The notes under the pieces were generated by a model. That model made no database searches. It saw nothing but the letters and a program-made list of their open reading frames with translations, and had not been told where the DNA came from. Positions 30,702 through 40,407 of a stretch of DNA of 64,000 nt are shown here, piece after piece. The first letter of the stretch is position 1; every line of letters begins with the position of its first letter. The translations under genes and the position numbers were made by a program. Origin of the DNA: a bacterium (GTDB lineage Bacteria > Krumholzibacteriota > Krumholzibacteriia > LZORAL124-64-63); assembly GCA_031441465.1 (NCBI GenBank), contig JANOEP010000039.1:52906-116905 (forward strand). The letters run 5' to 3'.

Positions 30702-32504
30702 CTACTTCGCCAGCAGACCCCCGCGCTGGTAGATCTCCGTCTGCACCTGGCTGAAGGGTTCGCCCTGGACGGAGCCGCCGTCCCAGGTGATCGAGCCGCT
30801 CTTCAGGTCGACGGTGATCGCAACCCCGCTCTTCAGGCCGGCCTTCACCGCGTCGGCCGTCACGACCGGCAGCCCCGCGTTGATGGCGTTGCGCTCGTAG
30901 ATCGCGCCGTAGCTGCGCGCGACCAGCGCCTGCACGCCCAGCGCCGCGAAGCAGTCCACGGCCTGCTGGCGCGAGGAGCCGCAGCCGAAGTTGCCGCCGG
31001 TGACGACGATGTCGCCGGGCTGCGCCTTCTGCGCGAAATCCTTCCAGCCTTCGAGGTTGTCGAACGCGTACTGGCCCATCTGCCGCAGGTCGGTGATGGC
31101 CAGGTAGCGATTGTGGAAGATCATGTCGGTGTCGACGTTGTCGACGTCGACAACCCAGGCGCGGCCCGTCATCACGGTGGGCTTGCCGCCGCCGACGGCG
31201 CCCGGGCCCGTCGACGCGACCTTCGCCGCGACGACCGGCGGCGCGAACAGCACCGGCTGCGCGGGCATCGTCGCCGCCGTGCAGATGACGCCGGACACGG
31301 CCGTGGCCGCGGCGGTCGCGGGGCTCGCCAGGTAGACTTCGCCCTTGCCCTGCTTGCCGGCGAAGTTGCGGTTGCCCGTCGAGACGGTGACCTCGCCGGG
31401 GCCGTTCTGGCCGATCTGACCGGCGGCGCAGCCGCCGCAGCCCGCGTTGCCGATCAGGGCGCCGGCGTCGGTGAAGATCTTGACCAGCCCCTCGTCCAGG
31501 GCCTGCTGCCAGACCGTGCGCGTCGCCGGCACGATCTTCAGCACGACGCCGGGGGCGACGGCGCGCCCCTCGAGCACCCGCGCGGCCGCGCGCAGGTCCT
31601 CGATGCGGCCGTTGGTGCAGGAGCCCACGAACACCGAGTCGACCTTGCGGCCGGCGACCTCCGCGACGGGCACCGTGTCCTCGGGGTGGCCTGGGCGCGC
31701 GATCAGCGGCCCGAGGCCGGCGATGTCGACCTCGACCGTGAGGTCGTAACGCGCATCGGCGTCGGCGGCGACGGCCGGGAAGTCGCAACCGCCCGCGCGG
31801 CGGCAGTAGGCGAGGATCTCGGGGCTGGGCTCGAACAGGGCGATGATGCCGCCCATCTCGGTGGCCAGGCTCGCGATGGTGATGCGGTCGGGCAGGGGAA
31901 GTTCTGGCACGATCTCGCCCGTGATCTCGGCGGCGTAGCCCAGCAGGCCGTCCGCGCCGAGGACCTGCAACATCTTCAGGACGATGTCCTTGGCCGTGGC
32001 GTCGGGTCCGGGCCGGCCCTTCAGCACGATCCGTGCGGACTTCGGCACCTTGAACCAGACCTTGCCCGCGGCCCAGGCGTAGGCGATGTCCTGGTCGCCC
32101 ATGCCCTGCCCGAAGGCGCCGACCGCACCCATGATGTTGGCGTGGCTGTCGGTGCTGACGAACGTCGAGCCCGGCCCGACCAGCCCGTCCTCGAGCGCGA
32201 GGTGGGTGCCGATGCCCTGGGTGATGTCGCGCAGGCCCACGCCGGTCTCGCGCGCGAAGGTGCGGCAGTACTGCTGGTTCGCGGCGTAGCCCTGGTCCGA
32301 GCCGCCGGGGTTGCAGTCGAAGGTGAACAGGGTCTTGGCCGGGTCGTCGATCGCCAGGCCGGCCTTCTGCAGGTTCTTGACCACGTTGGCGCCGCCGAAG
32401 TCGCGGGCGGCGCGCACGTCCACGCGCATGTCCACCGTGGCGCCGGGGAACACCGGCTGGTCGCAGTGCGCGGCGATGATCTTCTCGATGAGGGTCAGTC
32501 CCAC
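30702..32504 (-). CDS. Fused aconitase-family dehydratase (LeuC-type large plus LeuD-type small subunit)
   Basis: DSHAN, GSCTNGR, GCGGC and STGNRNF.G, then DNVDTDMI, NFGCGSSRQQA and IYERNAINAG in one ORF. Confidence 0.9.
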   Translation of the reverse strand: MGLTLIEKIIAAHCDQPVFPGATVDMRVDVRAARDFGGANVVKNLQKAGLAIDDPAKTLFTFDCNPGGSDQGYAANQQYCRTFARETGVGLRDITQGIGTHLALEDGLVGPGSTFVSTDSHANIMGAVGAFGQGMGDQDIAYAWAAGKVWFKVPKSARIVLKGRPGPDATAKDIVLKMLQVLGADGLLGYAAEITGEIVPELPLPDRITIASLATEMGGIIALFEPSPEILAYCRRAGGCDFPAVAADADARYDLTVEVDIAGLGPLIARPGHPEDTVPVAEVAGRKVDSVFVGSCTNGRIEDLRAAARVLEGRAVAPGVVLKIVPATRTVWQQALDEGLVKIFTDAGALIGNAGCGGCAAGQIGQNGPGEVTVSTGNRNFAGKQGKGEVYLASPATAAATAVSGVICTAATMPAQPVLFAPPVVAAKVASTGPGAVGGGKPTVMTGRAWVVDVDNVDTDMIFHNRYLAITDLRQMGQYAFDNLEGWKDFAQKAQPGDIVVTGGNFGCGSSRQQAVDCFAALGVQALVARSYGAIYERNAINAGLPVVTADAVKAGLKSGVAITVDLKSGSITWDGGSVQGEPFSQVQTEIYQRGGLLAK

Positions 32505-32545
32505 GATCCCACCTCCAGCCCGCCAGGGCTCCTGGTTCTTCGTTG

Positions 32546-33352
32546 TCAGTCGTCGTCCTCGCCGTCGGGGAAGCCGAAGTCGGGTGAGTCGCCGTCCAGG
32601 CCGGCCGCCAGGCCGGTCGTGGTCTCGCGCGAGTCCCAGCACTGCTGCTGCGCCTCGTACTCCAGCGACAGCATGGTGGTCAGGTCGAACTCGCTGGACT
32701 GCTGCACCGCCAGTTTGCAGAGGCGCAGCGCCGGCTGGGGGATGCTCGCCAAACGACGGCAGTACGCCTCGACCTCCTGCTCGAACTCCTGAGGCGAGAA
32801 GACGCGGTCCAGCAGACCCAGGCGCGAGGCCTCGTCGGCGGACAGCGTGCGGCTCGACCACAGGATGTCCAGGGCGCGGTTGGGTCCGATCGCGCGCGGG
32901 AGGGTCGAGGTCAGGCCCCAGTCGGGCAGCAGGCCCAGCCGCATGTCCTGGGAGGTGAGGGTGGCGGTGGTGGCGGCCAGGCGCACGTCGGCGGCCATGA
33001 TCAGCCCGAAGCCGCTGTCGCGCACGTCGCCCGCCACGGCGGCGACGATCGGCTTGCCGAACTCCTGCATCAGGGTCACGACGCGGCGGATGGTGTCGAG
33101 GTCGGCGGCCACGGTGCCCATGCCGACGTCGCCGGCCTGCGCCTCGGCGGCGGCGCGCAGGTCCATGGCGGTGTCGAAGGGCCCGCCGGCGTCGGTCAGC
33201 AGGATCACGCGGGCGGCGCGGTCGACCTGCAGGCGCAGCAGGACGTCGACGAGTTCATCGCCGAGTTCCTGCAGCGACGGCGTCGCCGGTCCGAACAGCG
33301 AGAGGGTCGCGACACCGTCGCGGACCTCGCAGTCGAAGAAATCGTAGGTCAT
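32546..33352 (-). CDS. Enoyl-CoA hydratase/isomerase (crotonase) family, PaaG-like
   Basis: KPIVAAVAG, AADVRLA and LGLLPDWG. Confidence 0.85.
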   Translation of the reverse strand: MTYDFFDCEVRDGVATLSLFGPATPSLQELGDELVDVLLRLQVDRAARVILLTDAGGPFDTAMDLRAAAEAQAGDVGMGTVAADLDTIRRVVTLMQEFGKPIVAAVAGDVRDSGFGLIMAADVRLAATTATLTSQDMRLGLLPDWGLTSTLPRAIGPNRALDILWSSRTLSADEASRLGLLDRVFSPQEFEQEVEAYCRRLASIPQPALRLCKLAVQQSSEFDLTTMLSLEYEAQQQCWDSRETTTGLAAGLDGDSPDFGFPDGEDDD

Positions 33353-33548
33353 GACCCTCCCGGAGGTGGCCGCCGCGGGGTGCGGGGGCGGTGTGCGGCT
33401 GCCTTCAAGCACGACGATAGGGGGCGGTCGCCACGGTGTCAACGCGGCCGGAGGGGGGAGCCGCCGCGACAGATCTGGACAGGTGCGGCGACGGCGGGTA
33501 TCCTCCCGGGACTTCGCACCCGAAGGATTCCAGAGAGGACAACTCGGC

Positions 33549-34457
33549 ATGAAGGTGTTCCTGACCGGCGGCACGGGCTTGGTGGGGAGGGCGGTCGTCC
33601 GCGCGCTGATCGAGCGCGGCGACGACGTCGTTTGCGTCACCCGCGACCGCAAGCGCGCGTTGTCGCGCCTGACGCGGCCGGTGGAGATCGTCGAGGGGGA
33701 TCCGACCGTTCCGGGGTCCTGGCAGCAGGCGCTGGGCGACTGCGACGCGGTCGTCAACCTGGCCGGCGAACCCGTCGCCGCCAAGCGCTGGACCCGCAAG
33801 CGCAAGGCCCTGTTGCGCCGCTCCCGGCTCGAATCCACACGCAACGTGGCGGCGGCGGTCAACGCGAGCGAGCGGGTGCGCGTGCTGGTCAGCGCCTCGG
33901 CCGTCGGCTATTATGGCGACGGCGGCGCCGAGCCCCTGTACGAGGAGAGCGGGGGCGGCCGCGACTTCCTGGGCCGGCTGGCCCACGAATGGGAAGGCTG
34001 CGCCATGGAGGCGGACAACGGGCGCACGCGCGTGGCATTGCTGCGCATCGGCCTGGTGCTCGACCGCGAGGACGGGGCCCTGCCCCGGTTGGCCCTGCCG
34101 TACAAGTTCGGCCTGGGCGGCCCGCTCGGCGACGGCCGCGCCTACGTGCCCTGGATCCACCGCCACGACCTGGTGCGCGCGATCCTGCACATCCTGGACC
34201 GCGAGTCGATCGCGGGTCCCGTCAACGCGGTGGTGCCCGACCCGCCGACCCGCCGCGAGTTCGCCCGGACGCTGGGCCGCGTGCTGGGCCGCCCCAGCTG
34301 GTTCACGACCCCTGGGTTCGTGCTGAACCTGGTGCTCGGCGAGATGTCCGCCATGCTCCTGCAGAGTTGCCGCGCCGTCCCCAAGGCATTGCGTGCCAAC
34401 GAGTTTCAGTTCGAGTACCGGGAGCTGGAGCCGGCGTTGCGGCAATTGTTGTCCTGA
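33549..34457 (+). CDS. TIGR01777 family NAD-dependent epimerase-like protein
   Basis: TGGTGLVG, VNLAGE, SASAVGYYG, WE, LRIGLVL and PWIH. Confidence 0.92.
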   Translation: MKVFLTGGTGLVGRAVVRALIERGDDVVCVTRDRKRALSRLTRPVEIVEGDPTVPGSWQQALGDCDAVVNLAGEPVAAKRWTRKRKALLRRSRLESTRNVAAAVNASERVRVLVSASAVGYYGDGGAEPLYEESGGGRDFLGRLAHEWEGCAMEADNGRTRVALLRIGLVLDREDGALPRLALPYKFGLGGPLGDGRAYVPWIHRHDLVRAILHILDRESIAGPVNAVVPDPPTRREFARTLGRVLGRPSWFTTPGFVLNLVLGEMSAMLLQSCRAVPKALRANEFQFEYRELEPALRQLLS

Positions 34458-34514
34458 CGACGGCAGGTAGGGTAGGATGGGTTGATCGGTCCCTCATGTT
34501 TGGGAGGTCACGAC

Positions 34515-35213
34515 ATGCGACACGCGGCGATGCTGACGTTGTGCCTGCTGACGACGGCCGGCGTGCTGCCGGCCTCGGCCCAAGTTCCCTTCCTGCCCCT
34601 TTCTCCGGGCTGCGCCTGGACCTACACCGACGGGGCGGGGCACGAACTCACCATCGAGGCGGCCGGGTACGCCGTGGTCCAGGGCGAGAACACCGTCGAA
34701 CTGGTCTGGCGGGAGCCGGGAGACGTCTTCCACAATTTCTGGAGCCTGGGACCGACGGGCGCCGTGTTGCTGCACGGCGCCTACAACGAGGACGGTTTCG
34801 TGGCGAGCTACTCGCCGCCGATCCAGTGGCTGCCCGCGGTCTCGGCCACGGAACGCTGCTGGAGCACGACCTCGCGCGTCTACGGGAGCCTCGATGCCTC
34901 CCAGCCCTTGGAAGAATTCACCTTCTCCTACTGTGTGGTCGGAGGCGGGATCTTGACCGTGCCGGCCGGCGAGTTCGACACCGTCGCGGTCTCGGACGCC
35001 TCGCCGCCTCTGCTGACCGGCGCGGACGGCGGCGCGGCCTGCGATCTCCTCGGGCGCCGGCGCGACGGGGCGCCACGGCAGCAGGTTCCGCGCTCCTTCT
35101 CGGCGGGTGTCGGCCTGGTCAAGGAAGGCGACTGGGAACTCGCGAACTACGGCGGCCCGACACCGTTCGGGACGTCGAGCTGGAGCGAGGTCAAGGCGCT
35201 GTACAGCAGATAG
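34515..35213 (+). CDS. Secreted hypothetical protein with conserved C-terminal tail
   Basis: Signal peptide (ASA/Q), LTVPAGEF and AGVGLVK motifs, ends TPFGTSSWSEVKALYSR. Confidence 0.8.
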   Translation: MRHAAMLTLCLLTTAGVLPASAQVPFLPLSPGCAWTYTDGAGHELTIEAAGYAVVQGENTVELVWREPGDVFHNFWSLGPTGAVLLHGAYNEDGFVASYSPPIQWLPAVSATERCWSTTSRVYGSLDASQPLEEFTFSYCVVGGGILTVPAGEFDTVAVSDASPPLLTGADGGAACDLLGRRRDGAPRQQVPRSFSAGVGLVKEGDWELANYGGPTPFGTSSWSEVKALYSR

Positions 35214-35238
35214 GGAGCGAACCCCGCCGGAACGAACA

Positions 35239-35265
35239 GGGCCGTCCCCCTGAGGGAGACGGCCC
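35239..35265. terminator. Hairpin between convergent genes
   Basis: GGGCCGTC...GACGGCCC stem-loop. Confidence 0.55.
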
Positions 35266-35290
35266 CGTACTCGAAATCGATCCCCGCCGA

Positions 35291-35776
35291 TTACCGATAG
35301 AGCGTTTTGACGGCTCCGAACGTCATGGCCTCGTTGCCGACGATGTTGTCGAGCGTCATCTGGCCGCGGATTTCGCCGCCGGGAAAGGTCGTGCTGTGGA
35401 CATTGAGGTAGATCGATCCCGCGACGAGGTTGGCGTATTGGGTCGCGGTCATGTTCCAGGTCCCGGCGACCGGCGAGCCGATCGGCAAGCCGAAGGCCAC
35501 CGGACCGTTGACGCCGGCCACGGCGGTGTGGAAGTGAACGGCGGTTTGCGAACTCGATAGGCCGCTGAACTGCAACTGGTAGGTGGCGACCAGGGTCTCG
35601 GTGTTGACGGTGAGTGCGGCGATGCCGAGGGCGCTGCTGGCGTTGGGCGGGACTTCCGAAGCGCCGGTGAGCATCGTGGTGTAGATGGCCAGATCGGCGT
35701 AGGCGGCGCCGGCGCCGAGGCCGAGCACCAGGACGGCCGCTGCGGCGACCAAGGCGGACTTCTTGAGCAAACGCAT
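35291..35776 (-). CDS. Secreted CHRD-domain protein with conserved C-terminal tail
   Basis: LTGASEVPP, HFH, G.NGPV and YLNVHSTTFPGGEIRGQ; ends VGNEAMTFGAVKTLYR. Confidence 0.9.
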   Translation of the reverse strand: MRLLKKSALVAAAAVLVLGLGAGAAYADLAIYTTMLTGASEVPPNASSALGIAALTVNTETLVATYQLQFSGLSSSQTAVHFHTAVAGVNGPVAFGLPIGSPVAGTWNMTATQYANLVAGSIYLNVHSTTFPGGEIRGQMTLDNIVGNEAMTFGAVKTLYR

Positions 35777-35896
35777 CGTGGGAACCTCCGAATTTGAGGA
35801 CGGGACACAGGTCCATAATAGATTACTAAATTAATCCGCTATTGCAAGCCGCTGAGATTTTGAGAGGCTGTGATCGTGATGGCCGACCTCCGCCGG

Positions 35897-37081
35897 TCAA
35901 CCCACCACGAACGCGTCGGCCTCGATGTCCCCGCCCGCGAAGCGCGTCAGCGACAGCGAGTCGATGATCCCATCGGGTTCGCCGGTGGTGATCTGTTTCG
36001 CCAGCCGGGAGGCGGCCATCGGGGCCAGCATGAAGCCGTGGCCGCTGTAGCCGCAGGCCATCTGGTAGCCCTCGAGGCCGGGGACGCCGCCCAGGATGGG
36101 GCGGTGGTCGGGAGTCACGTCGTACATGCCGGCCCACTGCCGCATCAGGCGCAGCCGGCGCGCCGGGGGCCAGTAAGCGGTCAGGGCGCGGGCGAAGCGC
36201 ACTGCGAAACGCAGCTGGCTGCGTGTGTCGAACTGGGCGGGGCGGTCCCATTGCGGCTCTTGCGGGTCGCCGATGCCGCCGACGATCTCCCCGCGCATGC
36301 TCTGGCTGAAGTAGATGCCGTCGCTGATGGAGATGACCATCGGGTCCAGGAACGGCTTGCACGACTCGCTGACCATGATCTCGTGGCGTTCCTGGCGGTT
36401 GGGTAGCTGCACGCCGACCATCGCCGCCAGCGAGCGCGACCACGGCCCGGCGCAGTTGATCAGCAGCGGTGTGGCGATCTCGCCGCGGTCGGTGACCACG
36501 CCGGTGATCCGGCCGCCGTCGTGCCGCACCTCGAGCAAGCGCGTGCGGATGAAGATCTTCACGCCGCGGCGGGACGCGGCCTTCGCGTAACCCCACACCA
36601 CGCTGAACGGGTAGGCGGTGCCGTCCTTCTGGCAGAACGTCGCGCCTTTCAGGCGCGAGATGTCCAGCTGGGGCACGATGTCCAGGCACTCGCGCGGCTC
36701 CAGGAAGCGGCTGGCCACCTGGCAGGAGTTCTGCAGGGCGACGGCCTTGCGCATGCTGTCGAGGTGGGATTCGTCCTCGGTCACCATCAGGTAGCCGCCC
36801 TGACGGAAGAACGTCTGCAGGCCGAGTTCGCCGGCCAGGTGCTCGTAGGCGGCGACGCTCTCCTGGGCCAGGCGGATGTTCTCCTCGGTCGTCCACTGCT
36901 GGCGGATGCCGCCGCCGCAGCGCCCGGTGGCGCCGCTGCCCAGGTAGTCCCGCTCCAGCACCACGAGGCGCTTCATGCCGCGCCGCGCCAGCTCGTAGGC
37001 CATGGCCAGACCGTTGATGCCGCCGCCGACGATGACCGCGTCGGCCGTCGCGGGCACGGGCCCTTCGGGCAGGGGGATCAT
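35897..37081 (-). CDS. FAD-dependent oxidoreductase, proline dehydrogenase / sarcosine oxidase beta-like
   Basis: GGGING, GATGRCGGGIRQQW, WAGMYDVTPDHRPILG and GYSGHGFMLAP. Confidence 0.9.
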   Translation of the reverse strand: MIPLPEGPVPATADAVIVGGGINGLAMAYELARRGMKRLVVLERDYLGSGATGRCGGGIRQQWTTEENIRLAQESVAAYEHLAGELGLQTFFRQGGYLMVTEDESHLDSMRKAVALQNSCQVASRFLEPRECLDIVPQLDISRLKGATFCQKDGTAYPFSVVWGYAKAASRRGVKIFIRTRLLEVRHDGGRITGVVTDRGEIATPLLINCAGPWSRSLAAMVGVQLPNRQERHEIMVSESCKPFLDPMVISISDGIYFSQSMRGEIVGGIGDPQEPQWDRPAQFDTRSQLRFAVRFARALTAYWPPARRLRLMRQWAGMYDVTPDHRPILGGVPGLEGYQMACGYSGHGFMLAPMAASRLAKQITTGEPDGIIDSLSLTRFAGGDIEADAFVVG

Positions 37082-37404
37082 GAGCCCACCTCCGGGTCGG
37101 TGCGGGGCAGCGCGGTCTCCAGCTCGCCCATCAGGGGCGGCAGGTCCAGGCTCGCCAGCTCCTCGAAGGTCAGCGGCTCGATGGGCGGGCGGATGTTCGT
37201 CAGCGGGATCTGCGAGGGGTCGATGCCGCGCAGGCGCGCCAGCTCCAGCGCCGACTCGCAGAGGCAGCCCTTGCCCTGGCAGAAGCCGGTGCCCACGCCG
37301 GTGAACCGCTTGAGCGCCTCCATCTCGGCAAAGCCGTCGCGGTAGGCCTTGCCGAACTCCTCGATGGTCACGTCCTCGCAGCGGCACAGGATGCGCTTGC
37401 TCAT
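37078..37404 (-). CDS. BFD-like 2Fe-2S protein
   Basis: CRCEDVT, KRFTGVGTGFCQGKGC and RPP. Confidence 0.88.
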   Translation of the reverse strand: MSKRILCRCEDVTIEEFGKAYRDGFAEMEALKRFTGVGTGFCQGKGCLCESALELARLRGIDPSQIPLTNIRPPIEPLTFEELASLDLPPLMGELETALPRTDPEVGS

Positions 37405-38828
37405 GCCGTCACCTCTTCCAGCAGGTCGGCGAGCGTGGCTCCGGCCGCCTCGCCGGCGATGGTCAGCTGCAGCCCGGCCGGGGTGCGGCCGTTCCAGCGG
37501 CCGGCGGCGACCCCGCGCGGCACGTAGCCGCCGCGCAGGGGATCGAGCACGAGGTCGGCGCCGAGCTGGTAGGCCCCGTCGTAGACGGGCTTGCCACGGC
37601 CGCAGATCACGGCGATCTCGCAGGCGGTTTCGTGGCGGGTCCCGCCCTGCCCGTCGTCGAAGCGCAGCGCGGCCAGCGAGCCCGCGCGGCCGAGGGCGGC
37701 GAGGGGCCGCATGCCGGTCCGCAGACGCCAGCCGAGACGGCGGGCGGTCGCCAGGGCGTCCTCGTCGGGAGCGGCGGTGGGATCCAGGGCGAGGGTGACC
37801 TGGGCGCCGCGCGCGTGGAGCAGGGCGGCGCTCAGCCACTGGTCCGGACCGTGGCCCCAGACGACCGCGGCGCGCCCGCGCAGATCGATCCCGTCGCGTC
37901 CGGCCAGGCGGTACAGGGCGCGCGGCCCGATGATGCCGGGCAAGTCGTGGTCGTCGAACAGGCCCAACTGGTCCAGGGCTCCGGCCGCCCAGACGATATG
38001 GTCGGCGCGCGCGACGGCCAGGCCCGTGCCGTCGCGGACCAGCAGCATGTCGGGCTGGTAGCAGCCCACGACTGCGGTCGCCGGCGCGCGGGTCACGTGC
38101 GGCGCGGCCGCGACGAGCGCGTCGCGCTCGTGCAGGACAGCGCGCAATCGGCGCAGACGGTGCAGGCCGGCCAGGGGGTCGTCCACGCCCGCGGCGGCGA
38201 GGTCGAGGGCCTCGCGGCGCTGGCCGCCGCCGAGGGGCGCGTCGTCGATGAGCAGGGTGCGGCCTTCGGCGGCCAGGGCCGCGGCCAGCCCGGCGGCGCC
38301 GCCGCCGACCACGACCGTGTCCCAGCGGCCCAGGTCGCGGGAGCGCGGCGGGGGTGCCGCGCCGGGCCGGGCCACCGCTTCGAGAGAGGTCCCATCCTGG
38401 CGCCAAGTCGTCTCGTCGGGCAGCCGGCCGATGCCGGTCATCGGGCGGATGGCCCGCATGAACAGCTTCGCCACGACCGCCGGCTTGGTGAACCACTTGT
38501 AGTAGAAGCCGACCGGCAGCAGGTGGCCGGTGTTGGCCAGAGCGGCCTGCATGGGGCGGCCGTAAGCGGCGCCGGTATCCTGCCGGGCGACGCGCAGGCC
38601 CTCGTGGACCGGCGTGTGGCAGGAGCGGACGTTCGGGACGCCGTCGATGCGCATCAGGCAGCCCATGCAGTAGCCGCGCGCGCACGAGGCGCCGCGGGGG
38701 CGGCCGTACTTGGGGCTGTGGGAGAGAACCTTGACGCCGTGATCCCACAGCGCGGCCGCGACCGACTGGCCGGAACGGCAGGCGAGGGGCTTGCCCTCGA
38801 ACAGGATGGTCACTGCAGGATCGGCCAC
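37401..38828 (-). CDS. 2Fe-2S plus FAD oxidoreductase, proline dehydrogenase / sarcosine oxidase alpha-like
   Basis: S.KY.RPRG..CARGYCMGC...NVRSC, GFYYK and GGGAAG; GTG after AAGGAG. Confidence 0.85.
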   Translation of the reverse strand: MADPAVTILFEGKPLACRSGQSVAAALWDHGVKVLSHSPKYGRPRGASCARGYCMGCLMRIDGVPNVRSCHTPVHEGLRVARQDTGAAYGRPMQAALANTGHLLPVGFYYKWFTKPAVVAKLFMRAIRPMTGIGRLPDETTWRQDGTSLEAVARPGAAPPPRSRDLGRWDTVVVGGGAAGLAAALAAEGRTLLIDDAPLGGGQRREALDLAAAGVDDPLAGLHRLRRLRAVLHERDALVAAAPHVTRAPATAVVGCYQPDMLLVRDGTGLAVARADHIVWAAGALDQLGLFDDHDLPGIIGPRALYRLAGRDGIDLRGRAAVVWGHGPDQWLSAALLHARGAQVTLALDPTAAPDEDALATARRLGWRLRTGMRPLAALGRAGSLAALRFDDGQGGTRHETACEIAVICGRGKPVYDGAYQLGADLVLDPLRGGYVPRGVAAGRWNGRTPAGLQLTIAGEAAGATLADLLEEVTA

Positions 38829-39011
38829 GGGCGGCTCCTTTCGCGCGTCGGCGCAGCGGAGCGAAACATAGGCCGGGCGGCGGGGGGGGGCAAGGAGCCA
38901 CCCCTGAAATGAACAGTCGTTTTCTTCTCTTTGTTGGGGGCGTCCAAAGCATATATTTCGCTGGCCCGCCGCTTTCACGCGGGTTTCTTCGAGCCGTCCA
39001 AGGAGCCGTCA

Positions 39012-40385
39012 ATGTCGCAGCAGAACTTCGCCGCCGTGCGCATGGAAGCCATCGACAAGAAGATCGAGTTCGTGGACCTGAAGGTCCTGGACCTCGTCGG
39101 CCGCCTGCACCACATCACGTTCCCCTTCGACCGCTTCACGCCCGAGGTCATGGGGGAGGGCATCGGGTTCGACGGGTCCAGTTACGGCTTCCTCAAGGTC
39201 GAGGACAGCGACATGGTCCTGCTGCCGGACCTGGGCACCGCCCACCTCGACCCGTTCCGCAAGCGCCCCACGCTGACGATGTTCGCCGAGGTCAAGCACG
39301 TCGACGCCGGCCGCACCCCCTTCGCGCAGGACGGCCGGACCATCGTGCGCGCGGCCGAGGGGCTGCTGCGGGAGATGGGCGTCGCCGACACCACGCGGTG
39401 GATCCCGGAGTACGAGTTCCACATCTTCGAGGAGGCGGACTTCGACTCGGGCAACACCAGCGCCCACTACCGGATGGAGAGCCGCGAGCGCTTCTTCCAG
39501 AACGCCTACCACGCCTGCAATCCCCACGACCGCCACGACGACTTCCGCGACGAGGTCTGCGCGGTGATGCGGGACTTCGACATCCCGGTCCGCTACCACC
39601 ACCACGAGGTGGGGGCCAAGTCCCAGCAGGAGATCGAGGGCTGGTTCGCCGACCTGCCGACCACCTGCGACAACGCCGTGATGACGAAGTACATCCTGTT
39701 CAACCTCGCCGAACGGCACGGTCTGCGGGTGACCTTCATGCCCAAGCCCCTGTTCGACAACGCGGGCAGCGGCTGGCACCTGCACCAGTACCTGATGAAG
39801 GACGGCCGCAACGTCTTCGACGACCCCGCCGGCTACGCATCCCTCAGCCGGACGGCCCTGAGCTACGTCGGCGGCGTGCTGCTGCACAGCCACGCCCTCT
39901 GCGCCTTCACCAACCCCAGCACGAACTCCTACAAGCGCCTGGTGCCGGGCTTCGAGGCGCCGACGGCGATCACCTTCGGGCGCAGCAACCGGGGCGCCGC
40001 CGTGCGCATCCCGAGCTACGTGGCCGACCCCCAGCACCGCCGCATGGAGTACCGCCCGCCCGACTTCACCTGCAATCCTTACCTGGCCGCCTCGGCCATC
40101 CTGATGGCCGGGCTCGACGGCATCGTCCGCGGGCTCGACCCGCTGGCCGCGGGCTACTGCCCCGAACACCCCCCGGCCGACGGCCAGCCCCACTCCGTGG
40201 AGTTCCTGCCGCGCTCCCTGGACGACGCCCTGGACGCTTTGGAAGCCGATCACGAGTTCCTGACGCGGGGCGGCGTGTTCCCCGAGGCCCTGATCACGCG
40301 CTGGCTGTCGATCAAGCGCGCCGAGATCCAGGCCATCAACCGGCGGCCGCATCCCTACGAGTTCTCGATGTACTTCGATCTCTAG
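39012..40385 (+). CDS. glnA: Glutamine synthetase type I
   Basis: FDGSS, PEYEF, HHHEV, FMPKP..NAGSGWH.H, NSYKRLVPGFEAP, NR and EYRPPD. Confidence 0.95.
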   Translation: MSQQNFAAVRMEAIDKKIEFVDLKVLDLVGRLHHITFPFDRFTPEVMGEGIGFDGSSYGFLKVEDSDMVLLPDLGTAHLDPFRKRPTLTMFAEVKHVDAGRTPFAQDGRTIVRAAEGLLREMGVADTTRWIPEYEFHIFEEADFDSGNTSAHYRMESRERFFQNAYHACNPHDRHDDFRDEVCAVMRDFDIPVRYHHHEVGAKSQQEIEGWFADLPTTCDNAVMTKYILFNLAERHGLRVTFMPKPLFDNAGSGWHLHQYLMKDGRNVFDDPAGYASLSRTALSYVGGVLLHSHALCAFTNPSTNSYKRLVPGFEAPTAITFGRSNRGAAVRIPSYVADPQHRRMEYRPPDFTCNPYLAASAILMAGLDGIVRGLDPLAAGYCPEHPPADGQPHSVEFLPRSLDDALDALEADHEFLTRGGVFPEALITRWLSIKRAEIQAINRRPHPYEFSMYFDL

Positions 40386-40407
40386 GCCCTGACGGCGGAG
40401 GCGGGGG

